DNA of 64,000 nt from Opitutia bacterium (lineage in GTDB: Bacteria > Verrucomicrobiota > Verrucomicrobiia > Opitutales > Opitutaceae): the NCBI GenBank assembly GCA_947478395.1, contig CANJVR010000001.1, positions 704,001 through 768,000 of the forward strand. Direction: 5' to 3'. Shown piece by piece: positions 31,479-45,307 of this stretch (positions within the stretch are counted from its first letter, which is position 1; each line of letters begins with the position of its first letter). The notes under the pieces are model-generated. The model was not told where the DNA came from. It did no database searches and saw only the letters and a list, made by a program, of their open reading frames with translations. Both the position numbers and the translations under genes were made by a program.

Positions 31479-32336
31479 TTAATCGAACACCACCGTTTTA
31501 TTGCCGTAAACCAGCACGCGGTTTTCGAGATGCCAGCGCACCGCCTGCGCCAGCACGGTTTTCTCCAGATCACGGCCTTTGCGGATCAAATCTTCCACGC
31601 CGTGCCGATGGGTCACGCGGGCGACGTCCTGCTGGATGATCGGGCCGTCGTCCAGCACCGCCGTGGCATAGTGCGCCGTGGCACCGATGAGTTTCACCCC
31701 TCGAGCGGCCGCCTGATGGTACGGTCGGCCACCGGCGAACGCGGGCAGAAACGAGTGATGAATGTTAATCACCGGACACCCGCACCGCGCCAAAAAATCG
31801 TCCGACAACACTTGCATATAACGGGCGAGAATCACGAGTTCGACGCCGAGCTCGCGGAGCAAGCCCAGTTGTTGCGCCTCGGCCGCGGCTTTGCCGGCGG
31901 ACGTCACCGGCACGACCTGAAACGGCAGCCCATAATTGCGCGCGGCCGACTCGAGGTCAGAGTGGTTAGAGATCACGGCCGCCAAGTCGCACGCGAATTC
32001 ACCCGCGCGCCAGCGCAGCACGAGATCATGAAAACAATGATCGGCCTTGGAAACGAACACCGCCACGCGCGGCCGGTGCGTCGAAGAAGCCACGCGCACC
32101 GCCATGCCGAGCGACGCGCCGAAGGCTTGAAACGCGGTGGTATCAGCGGAGGCCGATCCATCGGCAGCCGCCCATTCGATCCGTTGGAAAAAAACGCCCG
32201 CCTCCATGTCGCGGTGCTGATCCGCATGGAGGATGTTGCCACCCCGTTCAAAAATCCAACCCGCGACGCGCGCGACCAGACCAGGCCGGTCCGGACCGTG
32301 GAGCAAAGCCACGAGCGTCGAGGTGGGAATCATCAC
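31479..32336 (-). CDS. purU: Formyltetrahydrofolate deformylase
   Basis: ACT domain (DRPGLVA), LARYMQVL, INIHHSFLPAF and GATAHY motifs. Confidence 0.96.
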   Translation of the reverse strand: MMIPTSTLVALLHGPDRPGLVARVAGWIFERGGNILHADQHRDMEAGVFFQRIEWAAADGSASADTTAFQAFGASLGMAVRVASSTHRPRVAVFVSKADHCFHDLVLRWRAGEFACDLAAVISNHSDLESAARNYGLPFQVVPVTSAGKAAAEAQQLGLLRELGVELVILARYMQVLSDDFLARCGCPVINIHHSFLPAFAGGRPYHQAAARGVKLIGATAHYATAVLDDGPIIQQDVARVTHRHGVEDLIRKGRDLEKTVLAQAVRWHLENRVLVYGNKTVVFD

Positions 32337-32430
32337 TAAAGTAGGTCAGCGCGCCGACAAGCGCCTCATTCGCGCCCGCGAGCGAGCTGGCCGAAAGAGG
32401 ACAACGTCGCCCGCGCTTTCATCGCCGCCC

Positions 32431-35670
<3,240 letters not shown>

Positions 35671-35958
35671 GAGCGTAGATTTCGGCGAGAGTTGGCAGCA
35701 CGCGAAACGCGGGCAAGCGGGAAAGCGCAGACCTCGAAAATCAGCTCGGGCGGCGGGTCCCGAAACTAGCTCGCGAGTGTACTCTGAGGACGCCTGGTTT
35801 CTCCCATCGTAGGCCGCGCGAGTCTTCGCCTAACTGCCGGCTCAATGGCCCGCGCCTTGGCCGAATTTAACTTTGCGGCCCATTGCCCGCTCGTCAGCGC
35901 TTCACCTCGGCCAGAAGGAGGGAAAAATCGCTCCGTCGGGGGATTCACGGTTCAGCAT

Positions 35959-35990
35959 AAAAAAGGCGCCCCGCGGAAGCGGGGCGCCTT
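35959..35990 (-). terminator. Intrinsic terminator of dnaK-groES-groEL
   Basis: Minus strand AAGGCGCCCCGC-TTCC-GCGGGGCGCCTT followed by TTTT. Confidence 0.9.
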
Positions 35991-36027
35991 GAAGTATTTT
36001 GCGTAACCGAACGATCGCGCAGGGGAC

Positions 36028-37659
36028 TTAGTAGTCCATGCCGCCGCCGCCACCGGGAGGATGGCCGCCGCCGGCTTCCTTCTTCTCGGGGATCTCGGTG
36101 ATCATGCACTCGGTCGTCAGCAACAAGCCGGCGATCGAAGCCGCGTTTTGGAGCGCGGTGCGCGTAACCTTCGTCGGATCGACGACGCCGGCCTTCACGA
36201 GGTCTTCGAACTTCTCGGTGGCGACATTGTAACCAATGTTGCCCTTCGAGGTGAGGACTTCCTTCACGACGACACCACCGTCAACGCCGGCGTTAGCGCA
36301 GAGTTGCTTGAGGGGATGTTCGATCGCACGACGGACGATCTGGGAACCGATCTTCTCGTCGCCTTCGAGGTTGAGGGCGTCGATGGCCTTCGCGGTGCGG
36401 AGCAGCGCAACGCCGCCGCCGGCGACGATACCCTCTTCAACGGCCGCGCGGGTCGCATGGAGAGCGTCTTCGACGCGGGCTTTCTTTTCCTTCATCTCTA
36501 CTTCGGTGGAAGCACCGACGTTGATGACGGCGATGCCGCCGGCCAACTTGGCGAGACGCTCCTGGAGCTTTTCGCGGTCGTAGTCGGAAGTCGTCTCTTC
36601 GATCTGGCGACGGATTTGCTTCACGCGGCCCTGGATGTCGGAGGACTTACCGCCGCCTTCGACAATCGTCGTGTTCTCCTTGTCGACCACAATGCGCTTG
36701 GCGCGACCGAGGTCGGAGAGCTGGATATTCTCAAGCTTGAGGCCGAGATCCTCCGTGATGCACCGGCCGCCGGTGAGGATGGCGATATCTTCAAGGATGG
36801 ACTTGCGGCGGTCGCCGAAGCCGGGGGCCTTGACCGCGCACACGTTGAGCGTGCCACGGATCTTGTTCACGACGAGGGCCGCGAGTGCTTCGCCTTCGAC
36901 TTCCTCGGCAATGACGAGGAGGGGCTTGCTGCTCTTGGCGACGGTCTGGAGCAGCGGGAGCATATCCTGCAGGCTCGAGATCTTCTTCTCGTGAATGAGA
37001 ACGTAGGCGTCCTCGAGGACGGCTTCCTGCGCTTCGGCGTTCGTGGTGAAGTAGGGCGAGAGATAGCCCTTGTCGAACTGCATGCCTTCGACGACGTCGA
37101 GGGTGGTTTCGATGGACTTCGCTTCTTCGACCGTGATGGTGCCGTCCTTGCCGACCTTGTCCATGGCGTCAGCGATGATGTCGCCGATCGTCGCGTCCCA
37201 GTTGGCGGAGACCGTTGCCACTTGGCGGATTTCCTCGCGGTCGGAGACCTTCTTGGAAACGCGAGCGAGCTCCTTGATCGCGGCTTCAACGGCCTTGTCG
37301 ATGCCGCGTTTCAGATAAACGGGATTCGAGCCGGCGGTGACGTTCTTGAGGCCTTCGCGGTAGATGCCCTCGGCGAGCACGGTGGCGGTGGTGGTGCCGT
37401 CGCCGGCGCTGTCGGAGGTCTTGGAAGCGACTTCCTTCACCATTTGAGCACCCATGTTCTCGTAGGGATCCGGGAGCTCGATTTCCTTGGCGACGGTGAC
37501 GCCGTCCTTGGTGACGGTGGGTGAACCGAATTTTTTGTCGATGACGACATTGCGGCCCTTCGGCCCGAGGGTGACCTTAACGGCGCGCGAGAGCAGCTCG
37601 ACACCGCGGAGGACTTTCTGACGAGCAGCCTCGTCGAACAGGAGTTGTTTAGCAGGCAT
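36028..37659 (-). CDS. groL: Chaperonin GroEL
   Basis: [10 protein letters not shown] and [11 protein letters not shown] motifs; Gly-rich tail. Confidence 0.99.
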   Translation of the reverse strand: MPAKQLLFDEAARQKVLRGVELLSRAVKVTLGPKGRNVVIDKKFGSPTVTKDGVTVAKEIELPDPYENMGAQMVKEVASKTSDSAGDGTTTATVLAEGIYREGLKNVTAGSNPVYLKRGIDKAVEAAIKELARVSKKVSDREEIRQVATVSANWDATIGDIIADAMDKVGKDGTITVEEAKSIETTLDVVEGMQFDKGYLSPYFTTNAEAQEAVLEDAYVLIHEKKISSLQDMLPLLQTVAKSSKPLLVIAEEVEGEALAALVVNKIRGTLNVCAVKAPGFGDRRKSILEDIAILTGGRCITEDLGLKLENIQLSDLGRAKRIVVDKENTTIVEGGGKSSDIQGRVKQIRRQIEETTSDYDREKLQERLAKLAGGIAVINVGASTEVEMKEKKARVEDALHATRAAVEEGIVAGGGVALLRTAKAIDALNLEGDEKIGSQIVRRAIEHPLKQLCANAGVDGGVVVKEVLTSKGNIGYNVATEKFEDLVKAGVVDPTKVTRTALQNAASIAGLLLTTECMITEIPEKKEAGGGHPPGGGGGMDY

Positions 37660-37703
37660 GTTTTTTAAGAGTTGGTTCTAGAATGTGGGTGAGAAAAAGG
37701 GAA

Positions 37704-38000
37704 TTAGACGAGGACGCCGAGGATGTCGTCTTCGCGCACGAGGGTGTATTTGACCTCGTCGATTTTGACTTCGGTGCCGCCGTATTTGCTGATGAGAACC
37801 TTGTCGCCGACCTTCACTTCGAAGGTGGAGAGCTTGCCGTTCTCGTCTTTCTTGCCGGTGCCGAGGGCGATGACTTCAGCCTCCTGTGGTTTTTCTTTGG
37901 CGCTGTCCGGGATGATGATCCCGCCGCGAACTTGTTCTTTTTCCTCGAGGTGCTTCACGAGAACGCGATCACCGATGGGTTTGATTTTTACTTTGGCCAT
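37704..38000 (-). CDS. groS: Co-chaperonin GroES
   Basis: [23 protein letters not shown] and KYGGTEVK motifs. Confidence 0.98.
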   Translation of the reverse strand: MAKVKIKPIGDRVLVKHLEEKEQVRGGIIIPDSAKEKPQEAEVIALGTGKKDENGKLSTFEVKVGDKVLISKYGGTEVKIDEVKYTLVREDDILGVLV

Positions 38001-38101
38001 ATGGATTGGTTTTTAGGGCTGAAGGTTGGATTTCGTTTTGTGGGTTTCAACCAAGCGCGCCGGGTGGAGAAGCTCTTTCGCGGCGCGCCAAGCATTGAAA
38101 A

Positions 38102-40051
38102 TTACTTTTTCTTTTCGTCGTCGACGACTTCAAAGTCCGCGTCGACCACATCGGCTTTCTTCTCGGCTTTGGCGCCGGCCGAAGGCCCGCCGTCCGTCGC
38201 GGAAGATTCCGCCCCCGCGCCAGGCGCGGCGCCCGCGGCTTGGGTTGCGGCCTGGACGTCGGCGTATAGCTCGGCGCCCACCTTGGAGAGCTTCTCGAGC
38301 GCGGACTTCATGCGATCGCCATCGTTGCTCTCGAGATCTTTTTTCGCCTCGACGAGCGCGGCCTCGATCTTCGATTTTTTATCGGCCGGCAATTTGTCGC
38401 CAGAATCCTTGAGCGTCTTTTCGAGCTGGTAGATCGTGGAGTCGAGTTGGTTCTTCGAATCGACCGCGTCGCGGCGCTTTTTGTCCTCGGCGGCGTTAAG
38501 CTCGGCTTCCTTGGTCATCTTTTCGACCTCTTCCTTGGAGAGACCGGACGAGCCCTGGATGGTGATCTTCTGGTCCTTGCCCGTGCCAAGATCCTTGGCC
38601 GACACATGCAGGATACCATTGGCGTCGATATCAAACGTCACCTCGATCTGCGGCGTGCCGCGAGGAGCGGGCGGAATGCCATCGAGCTTGAATGTACCGA
38701 GCGTTTTATTGTCCCGCGCCATGGGGCGCTCGCCTTGCAGAACGACAATTTCCACGCCGGGCTGGTTGTCGCTATAGGTGGAAAATGTCTGCGTCTTTTT
38801 CGACGGGATCGTCGTGTTGCGCGGAATCATCGCGGTCGAAACATCGCCCGCAGTCATGATGCCGAGGGTCAGCGGGGTGACATCGAGCAGCAGCACATCC
38901 CGAACCTCGCCTTTCAGGACGCCACCTTGAATGGCGGCACCGACCGCGACAACTTCGTCGGGATTCACGCCCTGATGCGGCGGTTTGCCGCCGAGCGTCT
39001 TGGCGATTTCAACGACCTTTGGCATGCGCGTCATGCCACCGACCAGAACGATCTCGTCGATTTTTTCGGAGGTCAGGTCTGCATCCTTAAGGCAGTTCTT
39101 GAACGGCTGAATGCAGCGCTCGAACAACGAATCGCAAATCTGCTCCATCTTTGCGCGCGTGAGCTGTACATTGAGATGCTTCGGGCCCGATGCGTCGGCC
39201 GTGATGAAAGGAAGATTGATATCGACCGCCTGCGTAGAAGAGAGGGCGATCTTCGCCTTTTCGGCTTCTTCCTTGAGGCGTTGCAGAGCCATGGGATCTT
39301 TCCGCAGATCGATGCCGTTTTCTTTTTTAAAGGTATCGACCAGCCAGCCGATCAGCGCCTCATCCCAATTATCGCCGCCGAGATGGGTGTCGCCATTGGT
39401 CGCCTTAACTTCAAAAACGCCGTCGCCGATTTCGAGCACGGACACGTCGAACGTGCCACCACCCAAATCGAACACGGAAATCTTTTCGTCCTTTTTCTTA
39501 TCTAGGCCGTAGGCCAGAGACGCCGCCGTCGGCTCATTGATGATGCGCAAGACTTCAAGACCCGCGATCTTGCCCGCGTCCTTGGTCGCCTGGCGCTGTG
39601 AATCGTTAAAGTAAGCCGGGACCGTGATGACGGCCTGAGTGATTTTCTCGCCGATGTAGGCTTCGGCATCCGCTTTCAGCTTACCCAATACGAAGGCCGC
39701 GATCTGCTGCGGAGCGAACTGCTCAATTTTGTCCCCCGACTGGACTTCAATGTAAGCGTCGCCGTTTTTGCCGGCGACGACCTTGTAAGGCATGTTCTTC
39801 GCCTCTTCCGTCACCTCGGACATCTTGCGTCCGATAAAACGCTTGGCGGAAAATACCGTGTTGCGAGGGTTGGTGATGGCCTGCCGCTTGGCGGCCTGAC
39901 CGACCAAACGCTCACCAGACTTGGTAAAAGCCACGACGGATGGGGTCGTGCGCGCGCCTTCAGCATTCGCAATCACGACAGGCTCGCCGCCTTCCATGAT
40001 GGCCATACAGGAATTGGTAGTGCCTAGATCGATTCCAAGAATTCTGCTCAT
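38102..40051 (-). CDS. dnaK: Chaperone DnaK
   Basis: [25 protein letters not shown] and LLLDVTPL motifs. Confidence 0.99.
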   Translation of the reverse strand: MSRILGIDLGTTNSCMAIMEGGEPVVIANAEGARTTPSVVAFTKSGERLVGQAAKRQAITNPRNTVFSAKRFIGRKMSEVTEEAKNMPYKVVAGKNGDAYIEVQSGDKIEQFAPQQIAAFVLGKLKADAEAYIGEKITQAVITVPAYFNDSQRQATKDAGKIAGLEVLRIINEPTAASLAYGLDKKKDEKISVFDLGGGTFDVSVLEIGDGVFEVKATNGDTHLGGDNWDEALIGWLVDTFKKENGIDLRKDPMALQRLKEEAEKAKIALSSTQAVDINLPFITADASGPKHLNVQLTRAKMEQICDSLFERCIQPFKNCLKDADLTSEKIDEIVLVGGMTRMPKVVEIAKTLGGKPPHQGVNPDEVVAVGAAIQGGVLKGEVRDVLLLDVTPLTLGIMTAGDVSTAMIPRNTTIPSKKTQTFSTYSDNQPGVEIVVLQGERPMARDNKTLGTFKLDGIPPAPRGTPQIEVTFDIDANGILHVSAKDLGTGKDQKITIQGSSGLSKEEVEKMTKEAELNAAEDKKRRDAVDSKNQLDSTIYQLEKTLKDSGDKLPADKKSKIEAALVEAKKDLESNDGDRMKSALEKLSKVGAELYADVQAATQAAGAAPGAGAESSATDGGPSAGAKAEKKADVVDADFEVVDDEKKK

Positions 40052-40063
40052 TTGGGCCAGTTC

Positions 40064-40079
40064 AGCAACGCACGTGCCT
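40064..40079 (-). promoter_or_regulatory. Candidate sigma54 (-24/-12) promoter of dnaK
   Basis: Minus strand AGGCACGTGCGTTGCT versus consensus TGGCACG-N4-TTGCW; exact GG-N10-GC spacing. Confidence 0.72.
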
Positions 40080-40261
40080 CGATGCTCCAGTAAGATGCTA
40101 AGACCTTGTTTCCAATCATTTAAAATTAGATCACGCGGTTTACCGAGGAACTTTGCGGCGCAAAATTAAGCCATGCTGTCACACTTCATTCGATCGCCTT
40201 CGAATACTGTCACAATCCGCGGCACACTTGTATTCTAAGTGTGTGCGCCTACCGTGGCCCG

Positions 40262-40945
40262 ATGGAAATGGAAATTACTGTGCCTGATGAGGTCCCGGTC
40301 ATGACCTTGCCCAACGTCGCTTTTTTCCCCCAAGCCCTCCTACCGCTTCACATTTTTGAGCCGCGATATCGCCAAATGCTGCGCGATGTCCTCGCCACCA
40401 ATCGCATCTTTGCCGTTGCCGGCTTGGATCAGAATCAACTTAGCCACGATCCTGAACTCGAACCGGTCCACCGCATCGCGGGCATCGGCATGGTGCGTGC
40501 CTGCCAGGAAAATCAGGACGGAACCTCGAATCTGCTGCTTCAAGGGCTTTGTCGCGTCGAAATCGCGGGCATCGTGACTGATACGCCCTACCGTCGCATT
40601 AAAATCCGCGCCCTTAGCAGCGCTCCCGGCGCTCCGAGCACCGAGAACGAGCGTCTCCGGGCGGAGCTTGTTCGCCTGATAAGTCTTAAGTTGCGGCTCG
40701 AGGCCAGCGGCGCGCGCGAATTGACCTCGTTTCTTAAAACCGTGTCCGACCCCGAAGCCTTTGTGGACATTGCCGCCTTCAATCTCTGCGAGAATCCAGT
40801 ACTTAAACAGAAGCTACTCGCCACCCTCGACGTTCACCGCCGGCTGGAACTTTTCAGCGCCGAAATTCGCGCCGACATCGCCACGATAAAGCTACGCCGC
40901 AAACTGCAAGGCGGGCTGAGCGACGATCACATCGTCGACAATTGA
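40262..40945 (+). CDS. Stand-alone Lon N-terminal (substrate-binding) domain protein
   Basis: FFPQALLPLHIFEPRYRQM...LLLQGLCRV...KQKLL; no AAA+ or protease domain. Confidence 0.88.
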   Translation: MEMEITVPDEVPVMTLPNVAFFPQALLPLHIFEPRYRQMLRDVLATNRIFAVAGLDQNQLSHDPELEPVHRIAGIGMVRACQENQDGTSNLLLQGLCRVEIAGIVTDTPYRRIKIRALSSAPGAPSTENERLRAELVRLISLKLRLEASGARELTSFLKTVSDPEAFVDIAAFNLCENPVLKQKLLATLDVHRRLELFSAEIRADIATIKLRRKLQGGLSDDHIVDN

Positions 40946-40993
40946 GCCTAAAACGTCCCTCGGGGAATCGAACCACCGCGCTTGCCGGGAAAA

Positions 40994-41069
40994 TGGAGCC
41001 ACTTGTCGGATTTGAACCGACGACCTACTCATTACGAATGAGTCGCTCTACCAACTGAGCTAAAGCGGC
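40994..41069 (-). tRNA. tRNA-Thr (CGT)
   Basis: Reverse complement GCCGCTTTAGCTCAGTTGGTAGAGCG-ACTCA-TTCGTAA-TGAGT...GGTTCAAATCC...GTGGCTCCA. Confidence 0.96.
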
Positions 41070-41137
41070 ACGGAAGAAGCACGGAAGAAACTCGCCACCT
41101 TCGCCGCCGCAAGCCTCAAATCGCCCTCCGCCTCCTC

Positions 41138-42235
41138 GTGCCGCCGCTCGCCACCGATCTGTTCGACTACTCGCTTCCGCCGCAACTCATTGCTCAAGCT
41201 CCTGCTCCGCATCGGGATCACTCACGCCTGCTCGTCATCGACCGCGCCAAGCGGACCCTTTCCCATCACACCTTCTCAGACCTACCGCATTTCCTCCGGT
41301 CGGGTGATACGCTGATTCGCAACAACGCGTCCGTCCTGCCCGCCCGGCTCCACGCGCAACGACCCACCGGCGGCCAAATCGAGTGCTTCTTGCTCCACGC
41401 CGAAGGCGGAGATCAGGTCTGGCGCTGTCTGGTCAAACCAGGGAAAAAGCTCGCGGTCGGAGCCACATTTACCGGCCCCGGAGGGGAATTCTCGGGCGAA
41501 ATCATCGCCCGCCATCCCGATGGATCAGCCACCGTGCGTTTTTCCACGCGTACCGGCGCCGCCATCGCCGCCGTGGCGAATCGACTCGGCGATATTCCCC
41601 TGCCGCCATACATCACGCGCGCGCCGAGCACGCCCAGCGTCAATTCCGCCCAGCATGCCCTCGACGCCGAGCGCTACCAAACGATCTACGCCGATCACGC
41701 CCGCCAAGTCGCCGTGGCGGCCCCCACCGCAGGGCTTCACTTTACAGCCGAATTGCTGGCTCAACTCTCGAACCAAGGCGTGGCCTTCGCCGATCTCACG
41801 CTGCACGTCGGACTCGGTACATTCAAGCCCCTCACCACGCCAACCGTCGAAGAACACGTCATCCACCGTGAGCGCTACGAAATCCCGGTCGCGAGCCAGC
41901 AAATCCTTTTCCCGCCCCGGACAGGACGCCGCATCGCCGTCGGCACCACTTCGGTCCGCACCGTGGAGGATTTTTTAGGCAACCATGATGGACCGCTGCC
42001 GACCACCTATTGCACCGAGACCGGTATTTTCATTTTTCCTCCTCACGAATTCCGCGGAATCGATGCCTTGATCACGAATTTTCACCAGCCTCGCTCGAGT
42101 TTGATGTGCCTGGTGGCAGCTTTTCTAAGCCCTGGAACCACCGAGGGCATCGACTGGATTCGGGCGATCTATGCCGAGGCCATTGCCCGGGAATACCGTT
42201 TTTTCAGCTACGGGGACGCGATGCTCATTTTTTAA
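41138..42235 (+). CDS. queA: S-adenosylmethionine:tRNA ribosyltransferase-isomerase
   Basis: FDYSLP, PLPPYI, AAPTAGLHFT, LHVGLGTF, TNFHQP and FFSYGDAM motifs. Confidence 0.97.
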   Translation: MPPLATDLFDYSLPPQLIAQAPAPHRDHSRLLVIDRAKRTLSHHTFSDLPHFLRSGDTLIRNNASVLPARLHAQRPTGGQIECFLLHAEGGDQVWRCLVKPGKKLAVGATFTGPGGEFSGEIIARHPDGSATVRFSTRTGAAIAAVANRLGDIPLPPYITRAPSTPSVNSAQHALDAERYQTIYADHARQVAVAAPTAGLHFTAELLAQLSNQGVAFADLTLHVGLGTFKPLTTPTVEEHVIHRERYEIPVASQQILFPPRTGRRIAVGTTSVRTVEDFLGNHDGPLPTTYCTETGIFIFPPHEFRGIDALITNFHQPRSSLMCLVAAFLSPGTTEGIDWIRAIYAEAIAREYRFFSYGDAMLIF

Positions 42236-42301
42236 GACCGACCGCCCTCTCGGATGAATTCAAAAGCCGGCAACAACCATAAAGCGCCCCGCCTTCACCG
42301 C

Positions 42302-42670
42302 ATGACCCCAGACGCACTCCAAACCTTGATCGAGGACGCCACCGCCGACTACTCGCTTGGTGAAACTCAGCTCGCGCTAGAAAAACTCGGCCGTGCCACC
42401 GCGGCGGCGCCGGATTCGTTCGAGGCCTGGCACGCGCTCGCCGAAATTAATTTCTCCCTGCGCCGCCTGGATTCGGCCCTCGCCGCCGCGGAACAGGCCC
42501 ACGCCCAACAGCCGACCGATCTCTTCATCAACACCACGTTATCCCGCATCTGGATGGAACGCGGCGACAAGGCGAAAGCCGAGCATTTCGGCGCACAGGC
42601 CAAAATTCAGAGCTGGAAAGAGCAGCTTAAGCATCCGAGTTCACCGCCCTCGCCAGGATCCATCGGCTGA
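42302..42670 (+). CDS. Small TPR protein
   Basis: TPR-like helices (EAWHALAEI, LSRIWMERGD). Confidence 0.75.
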   Translation: MTPDALQTLIEDATADYSLGETQLALEKLGRATAAAPDSFEAWHALAEINFSLRRLDSALAAAEQAHAQQPTDLFINTTLSRIWMERGDKAKAEHFGAQAKIQSWKEQLKHPSSPPSPGSIG

Positions 42671-43018
42671 CTGCAAGACACGGCCGTCGCCTCGGCTTCA
42701 CCAGCGCCGCAATCGTAGCTGCACGACGCCCCCGAGGGCTTCGCGAAAGATCTTCAGGCTCATTTTCGCCCCCACCCCCTGGCCCGATCCAAAAAGTCGA
42801 TTGGGACTTCGACAATCCGGGAATCGTGGCGATGCGCGCGTACTTCATCTCGCTCTGGAACGAGGACGCCAGCCATGAATCGCGATCCGCCGGTCGAAAT
42901 TCGACCCAGTCCATTGAGCACAGGCAGGGACAACCTCCGCACTTGCCAAGCAGCATTACCCCTTAACAAATTTCACTTTCTTGAGCATCGAAACCGCCCG
43001 CCCTGTGCCTCTCCCTCA

Positions 43019-44269
43019 ATGATTACAGGCCGAATGATCTTCTTCGCTACGATAGCACTCGGGCTCGCCGGTATTGGTTGGCTACTAAGTCGTGATGGTT
43101 GGGGGCCAACTTGGTCGCACTGGCGAATGGCGAGTCGCGCACCTTTTTTCTCCGACCTGCGTGTAGTTACGGGTGCGATGGATAGTATGGAACAAGGGCT
43201 CGATCCCAGGGTAAACAATCCCGGTGATCCCGGTGGACCTTGGCACCAGCGTTTCAACTACCCCAGCCTCTGGCTTTATATAATGAGGGCGCTCGGCTTG
43301 CACGAAAGGGACAGTGCGAGGGTCGGCCTAGTTCTGATCACGGGTTTCTTGTTCGGGCTGTGGTGGATCACCGCAGACATCCCGGTGCGAACGTCTTGGT
43401 ACTACACACTCATCTTTTTTTCGCCCGCTACGATGTTCATCATTGAGCGCTGCAATCACGATCTCGTGATCTTTTTTCTGCTTGGGCTCGCCCTCCTCGC
43501 GCAGCGCTCGGCCGTTGTTGGCATGGCGATCGTCTTTCTGGCGTTTATGCTAAAATTATTTCCCCTCGCCGGCCTACTGCTCTTGCTTCGAGAAACGCGT
43601 ACGCGCGCCCTGCGGCTCACGGGGCTCATGCTACTCGGGGCCGCCATATATATCCTAGCAACTTTCGATGACTTGCTCGTGATATCGCGCACGACTGAGA
43701 GGGGCGCCGACACTGCCTACGGGTACAACGTACTGTGGCACTACTTGCGACTGCAACGCTCCCCTTGGGAAACCCCCGTCCGGGCGATCGCGTACCTGCT
43801 CGTCACTTTGAGCCTCGGCGCAGCTTGGTGGTTTCACCGCAACCCCGTTGTCGCGAGATCTGATGATCGACCCACTCGCCAAATGGACGGATATCGTCTC
43901 GGCGCCGGGGTGTACGCCGGAACATTCCTTCTAGGCAACAGCTGGGACTACCGGCTGGTTTTCTTTTTTTTCGCGGTACCCCAGCTATTCATATGGTTGC
44001 GCAAAAACCACGCGCGATGTTGGATCGCCCTCGTTCAACTCATCGCCTTTGCCGTGGCTTCGTGGGCCATGTTGCTAACATTCTGGATCAGCCACAGCGA
44101 AACCACGTTTATCGTGGCGCGCGGTTTGGAAGAACTGGGTAAATGGACGCTGTTCGCGAGTTCACTCTGGCTGCTGGCCGAAACACTCCCCCATTGGGCC
44201 CGCGACCTCCTAGGCTTTCGTTTTCGCACCCAAACGGGCTCGGCCGCCGCACCGCTCGCCCCCCGTTGA
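43019..44269 (+). CDS. Polytopic membrane protein, GT-C fold glycosyltransferase-like (DUF2029/GT87-like)
   Basis: FSDLR, FNYPSLW, IERCNHDL, LKLFP and NSWDYRL motifs with many TM helices. Confidence 0.65.
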   Translation: MITGRMIFFATIALGLAGIGWLLSRDGWGPTWSHWRMASRAPFFSDLRVVTGAMDSMEQGLDPRVNNPGDPGGPWHQRFNYPSLWLYIMRALGLHERDSARVGLVLITGFLFGLWWITADIPVRTSWYYTLIFFSPATMFIIERCNHDLVIFFLLGLALLAQRSAVVGMAIVFLAFMLKLFPLAGLLLLLRETRTRALRLTGLMLLGAAIYILATFDDLLVISRTTERGADTAYGYNVLWHYLRLQRSPWETPVRAIAYLLVTLSLGAAWWFHRNPVVARSDDRPTRQMDGYRLGAGVYAGTFLLGNSWDYRLVFFFFAVPQLFIWLRKNHARCWIALVQLIAFAVASWAMLLTFWISHSETTFIVARGLEELGKWTLFASSLWLLAETLPHWARDLLGFRFRTQTGSAAAPLAPR

Positions 44270-44295
44270 CACGCTTTCCGCGGGGCCGGTAGTCT
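44266..44295 (+). promoter_or_regulatory. Candidate sigma70 promoter of accA
   Basis: TTGACA-N18-TAGTCT ending 9 nt before the ATG. Confidence 0.55.
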
Positions 44296-44304
44296 CGCTC
44301 CTTT

Positions 44305-45285
44305 ATGGAAACCCCGACGTACGTCCTGGAATTCGAAAAGCCGCTGCGGGAACTCACCAAGCAGCTCGACGAGTTGCGCCAGCAATCGATCGAGACCCAC
44401 GTCGATCTCGCCCACGAAATCCATGGCATCGAAAAGAAAATCGATGCGATGCAGCGCGAAATTTATTCCGCCCTCACCCCGTGGCAAAAGGTTCAGGTGG
44501 CGCGTCATCCGAAGCGGCCCTACGCCCTCGATTACGTGGGCTTTCTTTGCGAGGATTTCCAAGAGCTCCACGGCGACCGCCAGTTCAACGACGACCGCGC
44601 GCTCATCGGTGGCACCGCGTTTTTTCAAGGCGAAGCAGTGATGATCGTGGCGCAACAAAAAGGCCGCGACACCAAGGAAAAAATCGCGCGCAACTTCGGC
44701 ATGCCTCAGCCCGAGGGCTATCGAAAGGCGCTTCGTCTCATGAAAATGGCGGAGAAATTCGGCCTGCCCGTCCTGACTTTTATCGACACGCCCGGCGCGT
44801 TTCCCGGCGTTGAATCCGAGGCCCGCCACGTTTCCGAGGCCATCGCCGTGAATCTCCGCGAAATGGCCATGCTGCGCACGCCAACGATCTCCGTCATCGT
44901 CGGCGAAGGCGGCTCCGGCGGCGCGCTCGGCATCGGCGTCACCGATCGCGTCCTCATTTTCGAAAACAGTTATTACTCGGTGATTTCTCCCGAAGGGTGC
45001 GCGGCTATTCTCTGGAAAGATGCCGCCGCCGCGCCCAAAGCCGCGGCCGCCCTGAAACTCAGCGCCGATCACTTGGAGAAAATGGGCGTGGTCGACGAGG
45101 TCATCGCCGAGCCTCTCGGCGGCGCGCACAACGACCCGGCCCAAGCCGCCAGCGCCCTCAAATACGCTCTCCAAAAACATCTCAACGATCTCCGCGGACT
45201 CGGAGCCGAAAAGCTCCTCGACACCCGCTACGAGCGCTATCGTCACCTTGGGGTTTACGAAGAGGCCGGCGCGCTGCGCAGCTGA
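44305..45285 (+). CDS. accA: Acetyl-CoA carboxylase carboxyltransferase alpha subunit
   Basis: LEFEKP, ARHPKRP, ELHGDR, RNFGMPQPEGYRKA and GEGGSGGAL motifs. Confidence 0.98.
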   Translation: METPTYVLEFEKPLRELTKQLDELRQQSIETHVDLAHEIHGIEKKIDAMQREIYSALTPWQKVQVARHPKRPYALDYVGFLCEDFQELHGDRQFNDDRALIGGTAFFQGEAVMIVAQQKGRDTKEKIARNFGMPQPEGYRKALRLMKMAEKFGLPVLTFIDTPGAFPGVESEARHVSEAIAVNLREMAMLRTPTISVIVGEGGSGGALGIGVTDRVLIFENSYYSVISPEGCAAILWKDAAAAPKAAAALKLSADHLEKMGVVDEVIAEPLGGAHNDPAQAASALKYALQKHLNDLRGLGAEKLLDTRYERYRHLGVYEEAGALRS

Positions 45286-45307
45286 GACCTCTTCGAGATT
45301 CCAGAAC

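Noticed and set aside
40052..40261. CIRCE/HrcA operator or IHF consensus upstream of dnaK
   Set aside because: No TTAGCACTC-N9-GAGTGCTAA, and the AT-rich tract does not match WATCAANNNNTTR well
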